From: Lingula anatina
Lineage: Eukaryota > Animalia > Brachiopoda
Length of the DNA: 64,000 nucleotides
Reading direction: 5' to 3'
Assembly: GCA_051362555.1 (NCBI GenBank)
Contig: CM120646.1
Span: 2,418,001 to 2,482,000, forward strand
Made by a program: the position numbers and the translations under genes. Below are positions 12,142 to 24,600 of the stretch, in pieces. Numbering within the stretch: the first letter of the stretch is position 1; every line of letters starts with the position of its first letter. The notes beneath the pieces were generated by a model. That model ran no database searches. It had not been told where the DNA came from and worked only from the letters and a program-made list of their open reading frames with translations.

Positions 12142-15100
12142 TCAACCCCGTCGTCTCAAAAGAGAGAAGAGCCATGCTAACAGTCGAGTGAAAAAGTCGT
12201 CTGGGGTTTGTTCTTTTTTGATGGACTGGATATTTGTAGTAAGCAGTGGAGTCGGGGCTGTAAAGTAGAGTGCAGTGCTTTGTTTTGGTTCTGAACTGGG
12301 TACGGGTTCTGGTCCGGGCTCTGGTTCTGAACTGGGTACGGGTTCTGGCCTGGGCTCTGGTTCTGAACTGGGTACGGGTTCTGGTCTGGACTCTGGTTCT
12401 GAACTGGGTACGGGTTCTGGCCTGGGCTCTGGTTCTGAACTGGGTACGGGTTCTGGCCTGGGCTCTGGTTCTGAACTGGGTACGGGTTCTGGCCTGGGCT
12501 CTGGTTCTGAACTGGGTACGGGTTCTGGCCTGGGCTCTGGTTCTGAACTGGGTACGGGTTCTGGTCTGGACTCTGGTTCTGAACTGGGTACGGGTTCTGG
12601 TCTGGACTCTGGTTCTGAACTGGGTACGGGTTCTGGTCTGGACTCTGGTTCTGAACTGGGTACGGGTTCTGGTCTGGACTCTGGTTCTGAACTGGGTACG
12701 GGTTCTGGCCTGGACTCTGGTTCTGAACTGGGTACGGGTTCTGGTCTGGACTCTGGTTCTGAACTGGGTACGGGTTCTGGTCTGGACTCTGGTTCTGAAC
12801 TGGGTACGGGTTCTGGTCTGGACTCTGGTTCTGAACTGGGTACGGGTTCTGGTCTGGACTCTGGTTCTGAACTGGGTACGGGTTCTGGTCTGGACTCTGG
12901 TTCTGAACTGGGTACGGGTTCCGGTTCCGTTCCACATATTTCAATATTCTCTGAAGAGCCTAAAATGAATGGCAATCAACTTGTTTTTTGATGTAAAGCA
13001 TTGCATGTACTTGATTGCATTAACAGATCAATGTAATCATATATCTTTAATTTAAAACCATTGTTACTTTTACGTTTTATTCACAAAAGGTAATAGTGTT
13101 TACAGAAATAGTGACTGTCGGTTCTTTGAATGTTATTTTTAAAAAAAATCAAATATATTACACTTTAATACAGCATACGACTATGCAGTGTATGTGAGGA
13201 TTACAATTCCGTATAACTCGAAAGGTTCCTCGTTATACAGCATTGGCTGACGTTTTATTACTTACTTGAACCAGAGAAAAACATTATTCGGTCAGGGTTT
13301 AAACCTGTCAACGCTTCCCTCAGTGGGAAGATGTCATTAAACTGCATGTGACCGATGCAACCCTCGAACCCACTGCCTGGGCTGGTGGTAACTGAATTTT
13401 AAAAAAGATCACTGACCGTCATTATACAATGTATCTTTGATATTATTCATGCTCAACAGTGGTTATCTTTTGATGGGGAGCCAAGTATTAAGGTAAGTAT
13501 AAGTATAAAATAAAATGCAGATCAATTTCAATATTTCATAATACAGTATATTAAATTATTGTTTCTGTAATATTAATTGTCGCTTAATATAGTTTACAAA
13601 TTTGAAAAATGTAGAGATCTAAACAATGTGTGCAATTTATCGTAGAATGACTTAAAATCAGCCATATATTTGAGTCTATTAGTTAATTTTGCTAAAGAAT
13701 TTGTTTCACAGTAATGCCGAATAAATTTTCAAAGAATCCAAAACATGACTTAGACTTTTATTTATTACTTAAAAAAGAAAGAGAAATGTTTTGATAAGAA
13801 AATCTCATATTCATTGTCTATTCTGTATAAGTTAATTATTAAATCCATACTGATACTTTCGCTGTCAGTGTACACTGGTGGGCTGGATTTGGTCATTAAG
13901 TGCAATTTAAGAACACTGGTGATTTTAATCATTACAGCAGTAGTCTTAAAATGGTCTGAATCTGCTTTTAAGTTCAAAAATGATCTAACATCTACTTAAG
14001 CGGTCAAGCAGTTTTCTCCCCTCACAATGGGGGATACCTCCCCTCACAATAGAGGACACCTCTGCTCACAGTAGGAGAATGTGTAAGGGGAGACAACTTA
14101 ATTGGCTGTCAGAGCAGAAATGGTCTTACTCATGGTTTAAGATCATGTAAGACAATCTGTGATCTTAAATTGCACTTTAAGACCAAATCAAGCCCATTAG
14201 TGTTACCTATATAAAAAACAAAGTCTCAGGCAAGGAAATAATACAAATGCCTATGAATCACAGTAAATACTTACAGTTACGTCCAACGAATATGTACTTG
14301 GGTTTAATTCTTAAACCCACGATAGAGGGTAGCGACTCAAACGAGAATACCATCGACTCTTTATCAACCTGTAAGTGTTAAGTAATTCATTACAAATGCA
14401 TTTAAGGGATAAAACACTTCGTTTCAGCTGGAAATGTGCCATATAATTCGAGATTCAAAGTTAGTAAACTGTTTGTTTTAAAACTATGTTTTTATTACAA
14501 TCGCTTAAGAGATTATTACGGTGGGGAACCATCTATGAAATGGGCAATTACCCCGAAGGACTCATTACCTTGTTGTCTTACCTGCAAATGAAATACATTT
14601 CCATCGTCAGTTCGCCAAACTTTAACTACGTGTTCGTTGTTATCAGTATAGTCATATCCATGGTCTGTATTAAGCGAGATCTTTTGTTCTTCAAACCAAC
14701 CAAAGCCCAATGAGACTCTTACTCCACCTGAAACGACGGGCGACATTAGTTTGAATGAGATTTTGATTTCTCATCGCAGGCCAGTACCTAAAGACTTTTT
14801 TAATGAATGAAAACCATGCATGTGTGTAGATTTAGAGGCCCATAGGTGTTCTGTGATAAGTAAAGTCAGGCGATACATTACTAAATATTTAGTCGGAGAA
14901 CAGACTTTTGAAGCAACTGTTATGCCGCCTGCATGCCGCCAGCATATAATGTTTATATAATGTTGGTCGTTCAAAACAAACAACTGGTCTTACGATATAA
15001 TCATCATAACAAAAAGGTGATGTTTCTTTAGTCTAGTTCTCACTCCGTACCATTGTAATGAATATCTCATTGTTGTGTTATTTCGGTAAATTAAAAAAAG

Positions 15101-15723
15101 AAAAGAAAAAAGAAAGAAAAAAGTGTTAAAAGTGAAGAGATAATATGCAGCTAGTTACTATCACGCGGTTGTCGGCATACCGTTTAAGTCGTTATGACTA
15201 TTACCAAAGGTAAAGACAGGGCTCATCCATTTCTCCCATAAGGCATGACCTAAATAGCATTTTTGCTTGAGAAATCACATTATATAGGGAGCCATTGATA
15301 AACTAATAAATGTACATTTTAAGGGACAATAGAGGCTCCCCTTCTAGTTTTATGTTTCCATTCTTACCATAATTGTTTATCTCAATGGAGAGATATTTGG
15401 TATTGTCTCTGTTCTGAAGTTGCATCAGGATTCCTTGTTTCGTCTGAGTCGAAAACATAATCTCAATCCGTTCGTCAAGTGTGTCAGGCACGTGTTCCAA
15501 GGTATATCGCATCATCATATTACGGGAAAAATAAACACCATCTCCTGAAAAGCACAGGTAGCAAACTGAAAATTGCGGGCACCAAAAGACCACGTGGCGC
15601 AATTAAAAGCTTTGACAAGAGTTGCCAATGCATTGTTGGTAGCCATTTCACAGGCTTTTTTGGTTTCTTTTCCCCCACACAAAGACAAGGATATGAAAAG
15701 TGTGTACGTGCGTGCGTGTATGT

Positions 15724-15762
<39 letters not shown>

Positions 15763-15853
15763 GGAGAAACTCACCGGTTTGGTTCAGCGCCGCACTGTTT
15801 GCATGATGGCGTGCAAGCACGACTATTAAAACCAATATTATGCTTGAAATCAT
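12142..15853 (-). CDS. Secreted single laminin-G domain protein (Neurexin-IV/Caspr-like LamG) with Pro/Glu/Ser repeat stalk, about 479 aa
   Basis: Exons 15853-15775, 15544-15368, 14727-14582, 14368-14275, 13391-13266 and 12959-12142, all GT-AG and phase-compatible (1440 nt). Signal peptide [14 protein letters not shown]; LamG motifs [52 protein letters not shown], then CGTEP. Confidence 0.8.
12287..12925 (-). repeat. Coding 36-bp tandem repeat x18 ([10 protein letters not shown][S/P]R)
   Basis: Unit ggttctgaactgggtacgggttctggtctggactct with period 36 (starts 12287 to 12899). The reading frame is fixed by the phase-1 acceptor at 12959. Confidence 0.95.
13870..14207. mobile_element. MITE-like element with about 60-bp imperfect TIRs in a LamG-gene intron
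   Basis: Left tacactggtgggctggatttggtcattaagtgcaatttaaga versus right tcttaaattgcactttaagaccaaatcaagcccattagtgtta. Confidence 0.65.
15726..15756. repeat. (GA)n microsatellite
   Basis: Direct reading of the sequence. Confidence 0.95.
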
Positions 15854-16024
15854 AGCAATGTTGTCTACCTCTTATATCTAAAAATAAAATAGAAATAAGT
15901 CCGTAAAAGTAATAGAATCATTCCAAAGTTTGAGTTTGGCGATAACAAACACGCAGAAAAGCAGAAGTGAAAACAAAATCTTCTTGGCGGAGGTACAAAA
16001 ATACCACCTCCATGTTAAGCTCAC

Positions 16025-16236
16025 CTGTGTGTTTCTCTCTCTGTTAACTCATCAAATTCTCATAACACATCAAGACAAAATCGTTCTCAACTCATCAGAG
16101 TCCGCATTTGTTGTTTTGTTTGGTGGTTACTGCACGACATATATATATATGTATATTCACTTAAGGACATCCGCCTTTCAAGGGAAAAACGATAAAATCC
16201 CAAAAGGAGTAAAATTAGTTCGTGTCGTCAAATTAC
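16025..16236 (-). promoter_or_regulatory. Putative 5'UTR exon and proximal promoter of the LamG gene
   Basis: Donor cag|gtgagc at 16025/16024 pairs with acceptor ttttag|a at 15878/15877 just before the ATG; TA-rich run at about 16139-16156 upstream. Confidence 0.45.
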
Positions 16237-16532
16237 GCGTTGGTAATTCAGTTGCCGGATGTCGATCATTTGACCACAGTTTTCTTTACTGCAATTGGGC
16301 AGATAGCTACTCTAAACTCTTAATGTTAAAACATTCACATTTATATGAATCATGTGAGCTTATTAATATTCCGTTAAATATTTAAGTACGTCTTTCATTT
16401 TTGCCCTACGTCCTAGAGCCTTAACCCTGTATTCGCTTGCCTCAGTTTTCGCATAATGCTACCGATTAGCTTAAGGACAAACGGCAGGACAGGTCAGAAA
16501 ATGGCAAAAACGGTATCATAGACCACGACAAT

Positions 16533-16752
16533 TAGGGCGCATTCCCATAGATTTTAGATCGATCTATCCCCGTGGGGAGTCTCACTAGATTACTGTCAGA
16601 TAATCCTACTTAAATGTCCGGCCCGCCTACTACAAGCTGTAAGGGGGCAATTAACTTTCGCGCCCGCTCGGCTGACAGCTATTTAGCGTGAACCCCCAGG
16701 GAGTTAGGTCGATCTAGTTTGGATCGATCTAATCTCTGGGAATGGGGTCTTA
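16533..16752 (+). mobile_element. MITE family X, copy 2
   Basis: TTA|GGGCGCATTCCCA ... TGGGAATGGGGTC|TTA; body matches copy 1. Confidence 0.88.
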
Positions 16753-17321
16753 GAGTCCTCTCGGTTTTCGGCTCTACATACGGTGCCCTTACCGCTGGTA
16801 AAGCTTCATAACACTATGAACGCCAACCTGGCGCTTAAATACCTCTGAATATCCACGTCCTTACAATCTCTATGGGTCCTCCGTTGCACCTTGTAGTGTG
16901 TAATGTGCTTTCGTATCCGTTCAGGCACTAGGACGCTATAAGCAGTGCGAAGGCCTAAAAATACTAGATTGCGGTCGATTTGCACAATTCAAGTAACCTG
17001 GTATGTGCCCCAGTTAATATGTCGAATGCATGCGGAAATTAACCGTCATACGCAATTAAAATACATATCCTATTTGTCCACTGTAAAAAAGAAAAAAAAA
17101 ATAGAGGTGAACCTCAAACATCCTTTTCAAAATGATAACCAGGGCACCATATAATGATGTAAACTATTGCGTACTAAAAGGGATAATAACTCTTTGTTTT
17201 GGCCAAAAAATGAATTTTCCTGTAGTAAACAACAATTTTCCCAAGCTTACCAATGGGTAATGAATCCATTTTTACATTCAAAGTTAGGCCCTGTTTTTTT
17301 TCTAAAAAGTTTGTTTTTTGT

Positions 17322-17450
17322 TATAATCTCTTAAGAGATTATAACAGAGTATAGCCATCTATGGAGGTCATGTGGTCTGAAGACAAGCTCAGATATCAGA
17401 ATAATAGCTATAACTGCCGTTTTTGTGGTAAAACAGAATATATATTATAT
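17322..17450 (+). repeat. Fragment of an old dispersed repeat (related pieces at about 14495-14545 and 21888-22015)
   Basis: Shared ataatctcttaagagattat head and aactgccgttttt/ggtggtaaaa core. Confidence 0.5.
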
Positions 17451-18356
17451 TTCTATGAGTTGTTCACAACGTTTTTATTGTGAAATATAGATCTCATACA
17501 AAGAGTTATTATCCCTTTAAATGTGTTGGGGTATAACTACGTTTTTCAGGATAGACTAAAGTAGCTCACTATTGAAAATCATTCAGCTGAAAATCAATTA
17601 ATTGGGTGTTGCAAATTAAATGTGAAATTTTCAGAAACTGTCGGCAGGTGACCAAGTAACAAGCGATTAGTTGATGATTAATGGCGATCCATTGATTAAT
17701 TAATCATTTTATTAATGAACTCTGTTGGTCTGCTGCAGTAGCATATTATGCGGGGCATTACGCAGGGATTTTGTCGAGATTTTTAGGACAGAGAGGTACT
17801 TAATCCATGCACATCGTTTTATCTGCATGATAAACTGTATGGTGATAAAGCAGTTGAATAAACGTAAAAGAGGAAATAGTTTAATCAGAGATTGAGAAAT
17901 AAATTATAAGGATAAATTATAATTCCAGCATTAAATTTTCACAAAATTAATGCCCTGCAAAATGAGGTGTTCATCTTTTTCCTATAAACCCCCCTTTTCC
18001 CACGCTGAGCTTCAGCGATTACTTGACACTAACCTCTTCACTATAGCCCATCTTCATCGTGTCAAGTTACTTGACTATAGTGAAAAAGTTAGTGTCAAGT
18101 TATCTTTGAAGCTCTGGGTGCCTTTTCCAGAAAAAAATCCAAATTCAGTTTGCGATAGATTTGACCTGTTAGTTTTAAACATACACCGAATTATTTTAAA
18201 ATGGGAGCGTCTGTCGATACGTAGGTCCAGCAGATAGCATTCTCTTGCTGCTCCGGTCCTAACAATGCAATATCCTAGCACATCATGATTCTAAAGTAAA
18301 AAATTACATTATATGTGTGGCAGCTAGTTAATGGTATAGTAATGACTGCAGCCTTA

Positions 18357-18594
18357 GGCTTCGTTCACATGCAATGTCTATTTTCTATTTTCGGTATGTC
18401 TTATGATCACGGTCTGTGCACTGAATATCCCGCGGCGTAATTACTGGCAGCGCGAGCCAGTTCCTATAAGTTACTATAAGTAACTGGCTCGCGCTGCCAG
18501 TAATTACGCGGCGGGATATTCAGTGCACAGACCGTGATCATAAGACATACCGAAAATAGAAAATAGAAAATAGACATTGCATGTGAACGAAGCC
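18357..18594. mobile_element. Near-perfect palindromic MITE (PIF/Harbinger-like), 238 bp
   Basis: TTA|GGCTTCGTTCACATGC ... GCATGTGAACGAAGCC|TTA; the arms pair almost to the centre. The central part recurs at about 48903-48968. Confidence 0.9.
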
Positions 18595-18677
18595 TTACTG
18601 TATCATAAAAGACATTTAAAATTTCATGATAACAACGACAAAAATGATGCACACAACACGCTTTAAAGACCATTCAT

Positions 18678-18683
18678 TTTATT
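18678..18683 (-). terminator. Candidate polyadenylation signal ending a ~3-kb 3'UTR of the MAP gene
   Basis: AATAAA on the minus strand followed by a GT-rich tract (gtgttgtgtgc); no ORF between it and the stop at 21689. Confidence 0.4.
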
Positions 18684-20384
18684 GTATAATACATAACAGT
18701 GAAGAGCAAACTTAAATGTACACCTTGAAAATTCCACTGTAAACAAACGAAAGCACACAAAATCCACGTATGCACGGTCTTTAATCATTCGGCAAACTTC
18801 GGGTAATTTCGTGCCTCTATCAACATAATCAGATACCTATCGAACGAATCCCTTCTTAACGTTCAAAAACGATCCTTTTTCTTCAGTCATGATCAACTTG
18901 TAGCAAGTTACGTACATTTCAACTTCTATAATAAATAACTCTATTGGACATCACTAATCCTCAACAAGAACACTTTCAATTTAATCTTGACCCATTCTAG
19001 AAAAAATTGCGATAAAACTAAGTAACGCTAAGAAAGGTATTATAACTGCACTAATTCTGACTAGAAGATAAATACTCTTCTGTTTTTCTTTGGCTTATAG
19101 AGAAAACAAAAGGGCAATTAAATGTACCAAATCTGAAGTGAAGATGGAGAGTAAAGTGAAATACATAATAATATCAGTAAAAAGACCATACATTCCCACT
19201 CACTTGATACAGAGTATACTTTAAGTTTGGCTTAAAGTGGCAAAAATCTACCACAATGGTCACTACACTTGACTCTGTAAACTTTAAGTTAAAATAAAAC
19301 ATTTAATAAAAAAATTTAAAGTGCCATTAAAATCTACAACAGACTGCCAAGTTGTATAATTTTACTTTTTTTCAGTTTTGTCTTTTACCCTGCATATGCA
19401 ACCTTTAACTTTCATTCTATTCATAAATATCTGACCCCAAACTGTGAATGACACTTGAAACTTCAAAAATATTGAAATTCAATGCTTTGGCTCCAATGTT
19501 TAAAAAATATTAAAATGTTAAAATGTTGATTCATACATCAAAAATGAAAGAAATATAATATACCAGTTTTATAAAAGTTGTATAAGATGACAGTTATGAT
19601 TTGTATATAAGCTTGAATATCCACTGTTACCCTCTTCAAAATAAGTTCGATGTCCACCCGTTGAAAAATAAATGCTACGCTGGCAAAAACAAATCTCAGT
19701 TCATAAAACAATTGAAAATATCATTGTCATGGATACTAGCAAAGAGCTAGTTTGAGATTAACAGACTTTGAAACTGAAAGACTATACTAGTTCTTAGGTT
19801 ACAGAAGAACATAATAAAAACAAACAAAAATCATATTTGGCATCGTCATCACCAATATCATCAGTATCATATAAAACAAGATATCAATATCATAAAGCAT
19901 GGCGCATAGAATCACATTCTGTAATATCTTTCTCAATTCCCATAGCTTGACAATAAGACACCAAATGGCAATTTTCTTCACAGTACAATCCTTATCAATC
20001 ATAATGATGCAATACATTCTCTTTTTCGGGCAGGTCCCTCTTTGCTAACACAGTACACATTTGACAGAATTTATCAGATTTATTCTTTTCTTGAACAAAT
20101 ATACCCTTTGTATGTTTGCCTGTTGAACTGCCCTCCATCTAGACAATATTCTTTTTTTAAAACAGCCATCATACATTTGTAAGTGGATAAAGATTTAAAT
20201 ACAAAAACTGGAGCAAAATGCAAATCTATTACATTTATATAATATAAGACGTGTCAATCATAACTACATCAAAACTACAGCAATGCTTTTAGCAACATTT
20301 CTCCAACTTCCTTCCTCACGATAGCTTCACTGTTATCACACAAGTGCATTATCTTCACATTACAGCCACTGTGGGTGTACAATA

Positions 20385-20570
20385 TAAAATACATTGTAAC
20401 ATTGTTATTACAATACCATTAACAATGTATCATTCCAACCAAAATTACAGCTCCAGTGACCATACAATACAAATACATTGTATCCTAACAATATCAAATG
20501 TATCATATTTATAAATACATTGTATCTTAACAATAGGAAATGTATCATAATTTGTGATAATACAATGTAA
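20385..20570. repeat. Degenerate AT-rich tandem repeat (aaatacattgtatc..aacaat) in the putative 3'UTR
   Basis: Several imperfect copies visible. Confidence 0.5.
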
Positions 20571-21688
20571 AGCCTGCTGTCTAACATGTACTGAATCCAC
20601 TGTTTACAAAACAAATGCATTACAATCAAACAAGTGAAGTCTTCATCATGCAGTCACCACACCAACACAATATACAAATTTTATATCTATACTATGATCA
20701 AAATGCTCAAAATGATTACATTTCCTACTTTGAGAAATTATTACACTTCTGCTTGCAACAGTATTCTTAAGTTGTAAACAATGCATGTAATACACATAGT
20801 GAATGTTATTTGCCTAATCAAAGGGTAAAGGAAGGCAAAATGCGTTTCACTCACTTCATAACACATGTACATGTAATAAAGCACATCAATAAAATATTGA
20901 GTTTCATCAACGACAAAATGATATGCACTGTTGGATCATATGCAAAGAAAACATTTACTTTACTTCACGTCATATCACTCCTTTTTCCTGACCTATCTCT
21001 GCTGTGTTAACAAATATTTGTGTTGCTTGGCTATAGATTCAGCTGAAGTCTTTCAGCCACCTTTAATGCAATCACTACAAACTTTCAAATTATTAGACCA
21101 TCTGCCATTTTTTTTTAAATTTTAGCCTTTTACTGAACAAAGTATCTATACAACTCAAATATGACCTCAATATATATGTAATTCTATGCCCATTCATCAC
21201 AATAATACAGCAAATGAGATAAAAAGCATGTATCATAACAATATTTTACACATGCAACACTTTATACTATTACTTCTGCTCCATTTGATAAGGTAGCAAT
21301 GCATTTGCTTCTGGTTGAGATAAAAATTGCCACATTGTGTTGCTACTCATCTAACGCAATGTGAGGCTCTGCACACCACTTAAGAAATCCATGATATGGA
21401 ATAATTTTTACCATTTGAGAAAATTCAGAAAAATACAAACCACAGGTGGCACTGACATAATGATAAACTTCAAATATGCAATATCATCAGTAAGTTGACT
21501 GGCTGAATAGCTGCTTGGCGATTGTTGCTTTTTTCTCTACATAAGCAAATAAATAAAAACTTCTTCCTCAAATGACATTCCTGATGGACAAGTCCTCACT
21601 CTGGCTCAGAAATCAGAATTTCAAATGACAGAAGTCAGCTCGATTGTCTTGATAATATTTTCTGTTAGTAGATGGCGCTGTAGTCTTC

Positions 21689-24600
21689 TCACACAGCAGT
21701 TTCCTCTCCAGGCGACTGGAAAATAGTATAAATAAAAAGAGATTTAAACATGGAGAGGAAAATGACAACTCTTCAATTTGGCAGGAAAAGTGTCATAAAA
21801 TGGACTTTGCTGGGGTAGAAGACAAATTCCCCACACTTTTCAATGGTTACTGAATCTGTTACTACATACTAATTTATTAATTCATAATAATAATCTCTTA
21901 AAAGATTATTATGGAGGGTTGCAAACTATGAAGATCCAAGTGGTCCAATGCTGAGCAAAGACTTCACAATAACTGCAAAAACTGCCGTTTTGGTGGTAAA
22001 AAGGAATTTATTATATATTCATAACTATAAGATACACAAGTCCTTTTTATATTTTTTTGTTTAAAAAGATATAATACAGTTCATTGAAAATAATGGAAAA
22101 CTGTATTTTCAATAGCAAAAATTCTAGTCAGGAGATTTTTTTCAATGCTTTGTTTTAATATAAATAATTAGATGAGGGATCAACACATCACTTCCCATAG
22201 GTGGAAACACTTTACATGCATTTTTACCATTTTAGTTGGTCAGTATTTGATACCATTGATAACATCCTGATACAAGTGTTTTCATTCCCACTGGTATTCC
22301 AACAATAATAACACTGGGATTAAAAATTCTCTAACGAGGTCCTTTTGAAAGATTATTAAATCAGACTTCAACTGAGGCGGAATTCATGACGTCATTAGAA
22401 AAGTTCGAATACTGCCATTTTGTCTGTGGAAAGGCAAAAATAATTTTTCCCAAAATGTTTTCATTAATATCTATATGTAAACCATTCACAAGCACATTTG
22501 TGATACTTCTTTTAATTATAAAATAAAGAAATACTTCTTTTAATTATAGAATAAAAAAATGATTTATCCAACAAAATGGAACAGAAAATGAATGTTCAAG
22601 ATTACGAGTCAACAACAAACCATGCTCAACTTTATACTGACAAGCAGAAAATTCATGTTTCTGAAAATCAATGTAAGCAATGGGATACACTATTTTTACA
22701 AGACAAGCAAATAATACATATATAAAAATATACCAACTTTATTCCAAAATATTTAAAAATCACAATGCATTAAGACACACAGTCGTATCACACATTTGGC
22801 ATAATCAGAATTGAGCAAATAAATATTTTGCAGAACAGAGAGAACCTGATTGTATCAAAAATTTCTTCACATGAATCATGGTACAAAATGCTGGTCACAT
22901 TAATCAGTGAGTACCCCACAGTCTGAACATGACTAGAACACTATCACCCCATTCTCATAGATTAGATCGACCTACATTGGATCGACCTAACTCCCTGGGG
23001 GTTCACGCTAAATAGCTGTCAGCCGGGCGGACACGAAAGTTAATTACCCCTTAAAGCTTGTAGTAGGAGGGGACGGACACTTAAGGGGGATTATCTGACA
23101 GTAATCTAGTGAGACTCCCCGCGGTGATAGATCGATCTAAAAGTTGTGAGAACAGAGCATATGACACTTCATCATACAACTTAAGTTACATTATTATGTA
23201 AGTAACTCTAATTAATAAGCAAACACAATCCATTTTCTGATCTGAAACATCTTTGATTAGCAGACTGTCCTATCCTATCCTGCCCCTCCCATTCAATACA
23301 CAAACATACCTTGCAAATAACGGTCTAAATAGGGCTAATCCTTCGGGGGAAATAAAAAAAAAAACTTTACCAAAGAAGACTCCCTGTACCAAGTACCATC
23401 TTAATAAGCCATTTGATACAAGTCACCCAAAGCCTGAAAAGAACTAACCTCAGCTTTACTTTGAAAGTTAACATTTTGGTTTCCCTCTTTATCCCCACCT
23501 TTCTTGTTTGTCACCTTTGATGTCGCCTTCCAGTTGAGTTTTAACTGGGGCAGTTTTCCATTACCTCTATTAGACTGAATGTAAACTTTTTCAAGAGATG
23601 ATGTGGTCTTCCCATTGTGTTTATGTTTACTTTGAGATGGGGACTCAATTGGTGGGAATTTTAAACGGGTATTTGGAGGACTCTCAGTTCGAGGAACACC
23701 ATCCCAATAAAGCTTATTCGTATTAAGAACACGGGAAACATTTCCCCCACCAGGGACATAAGACACATTCTCAAGTGATGCAATCTTACTCTTGGCTGTC
23801 CATTTGACTTTTTTCCTAGGAATTTTCTTCTTTCCCCCACCAGGTACATGACTAGCGTTATCTAGAGAGCCTATCTTGGACTTATACCTCCAATTTAAAC
23901 TATGGTCCTGGATCTGAACATTTCCACCCCCAGGTACATGGGAGATTTTATCAAGGGACCCTATTTTTGATTCCTTTTTCCACTGCAGTTTTCTGTTCTC
24001 TATTTTCTTGTCACCACCTCCAGGGATGTGGCCCACATTATCCAGGGACCCAACTTTTGAAACAATTCTCCACTTTGGAATAGAATCAGAGATAACAAAA
24101 GTTCCCCCACCTGGAATATGAGACACATTATCAAGAGAACCAATTTTTGCCTGAGTGTTCCACTCAAGCTTCTGGTTCTCAATTTTAGCGTTACCCCCAC
24201 CAGGAGAATGGCTGATATTATCCAAAGATCCAATTTTAGACTTGCCCCTCCAGAAAAGCCTTCGATCTTGAATTTTTGTCATACCACCAGCAGGAATATG
24301 GTGAAGATTGTCTAAAGAGCCAACTTTTGATTCTTGAGACCACTTTATTTTTTTAGTCTCAACTTTTATATTACCCCCTCCAGGTATATGACTTGCATTT
24401 TCAAGGGAACCAACTTTTGATTTTGCTCTTCCAGAATATAAACTTCTGACTTCAATTCTAACATTCCCTCCACCTGGAGAGTGGGATGCATTGTCTAATG
24501 AACCAATTTTTGAACCTGCATTCCATTTTAATTTCTTGCTCTCTATTTTTTTGTCCCCTCCTCGAGGGGTATGATCTACATTTTCTAAAGAACCAATTTT

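Noticed and set aside
12287-12925. 36-bp repeats as a CRISPR array
   Set aside because: The units are contiguous with no unique spacers, there are no cas genes, and they lie in a spliced eukaryotic exon.
12137-12991. ORFs of 266, 255, 232 and 238 aa in other frames and strands
   Set aside because: Shadows of a stop-free repeat; only the PEPVPSS frame fits the upstream splice phase.
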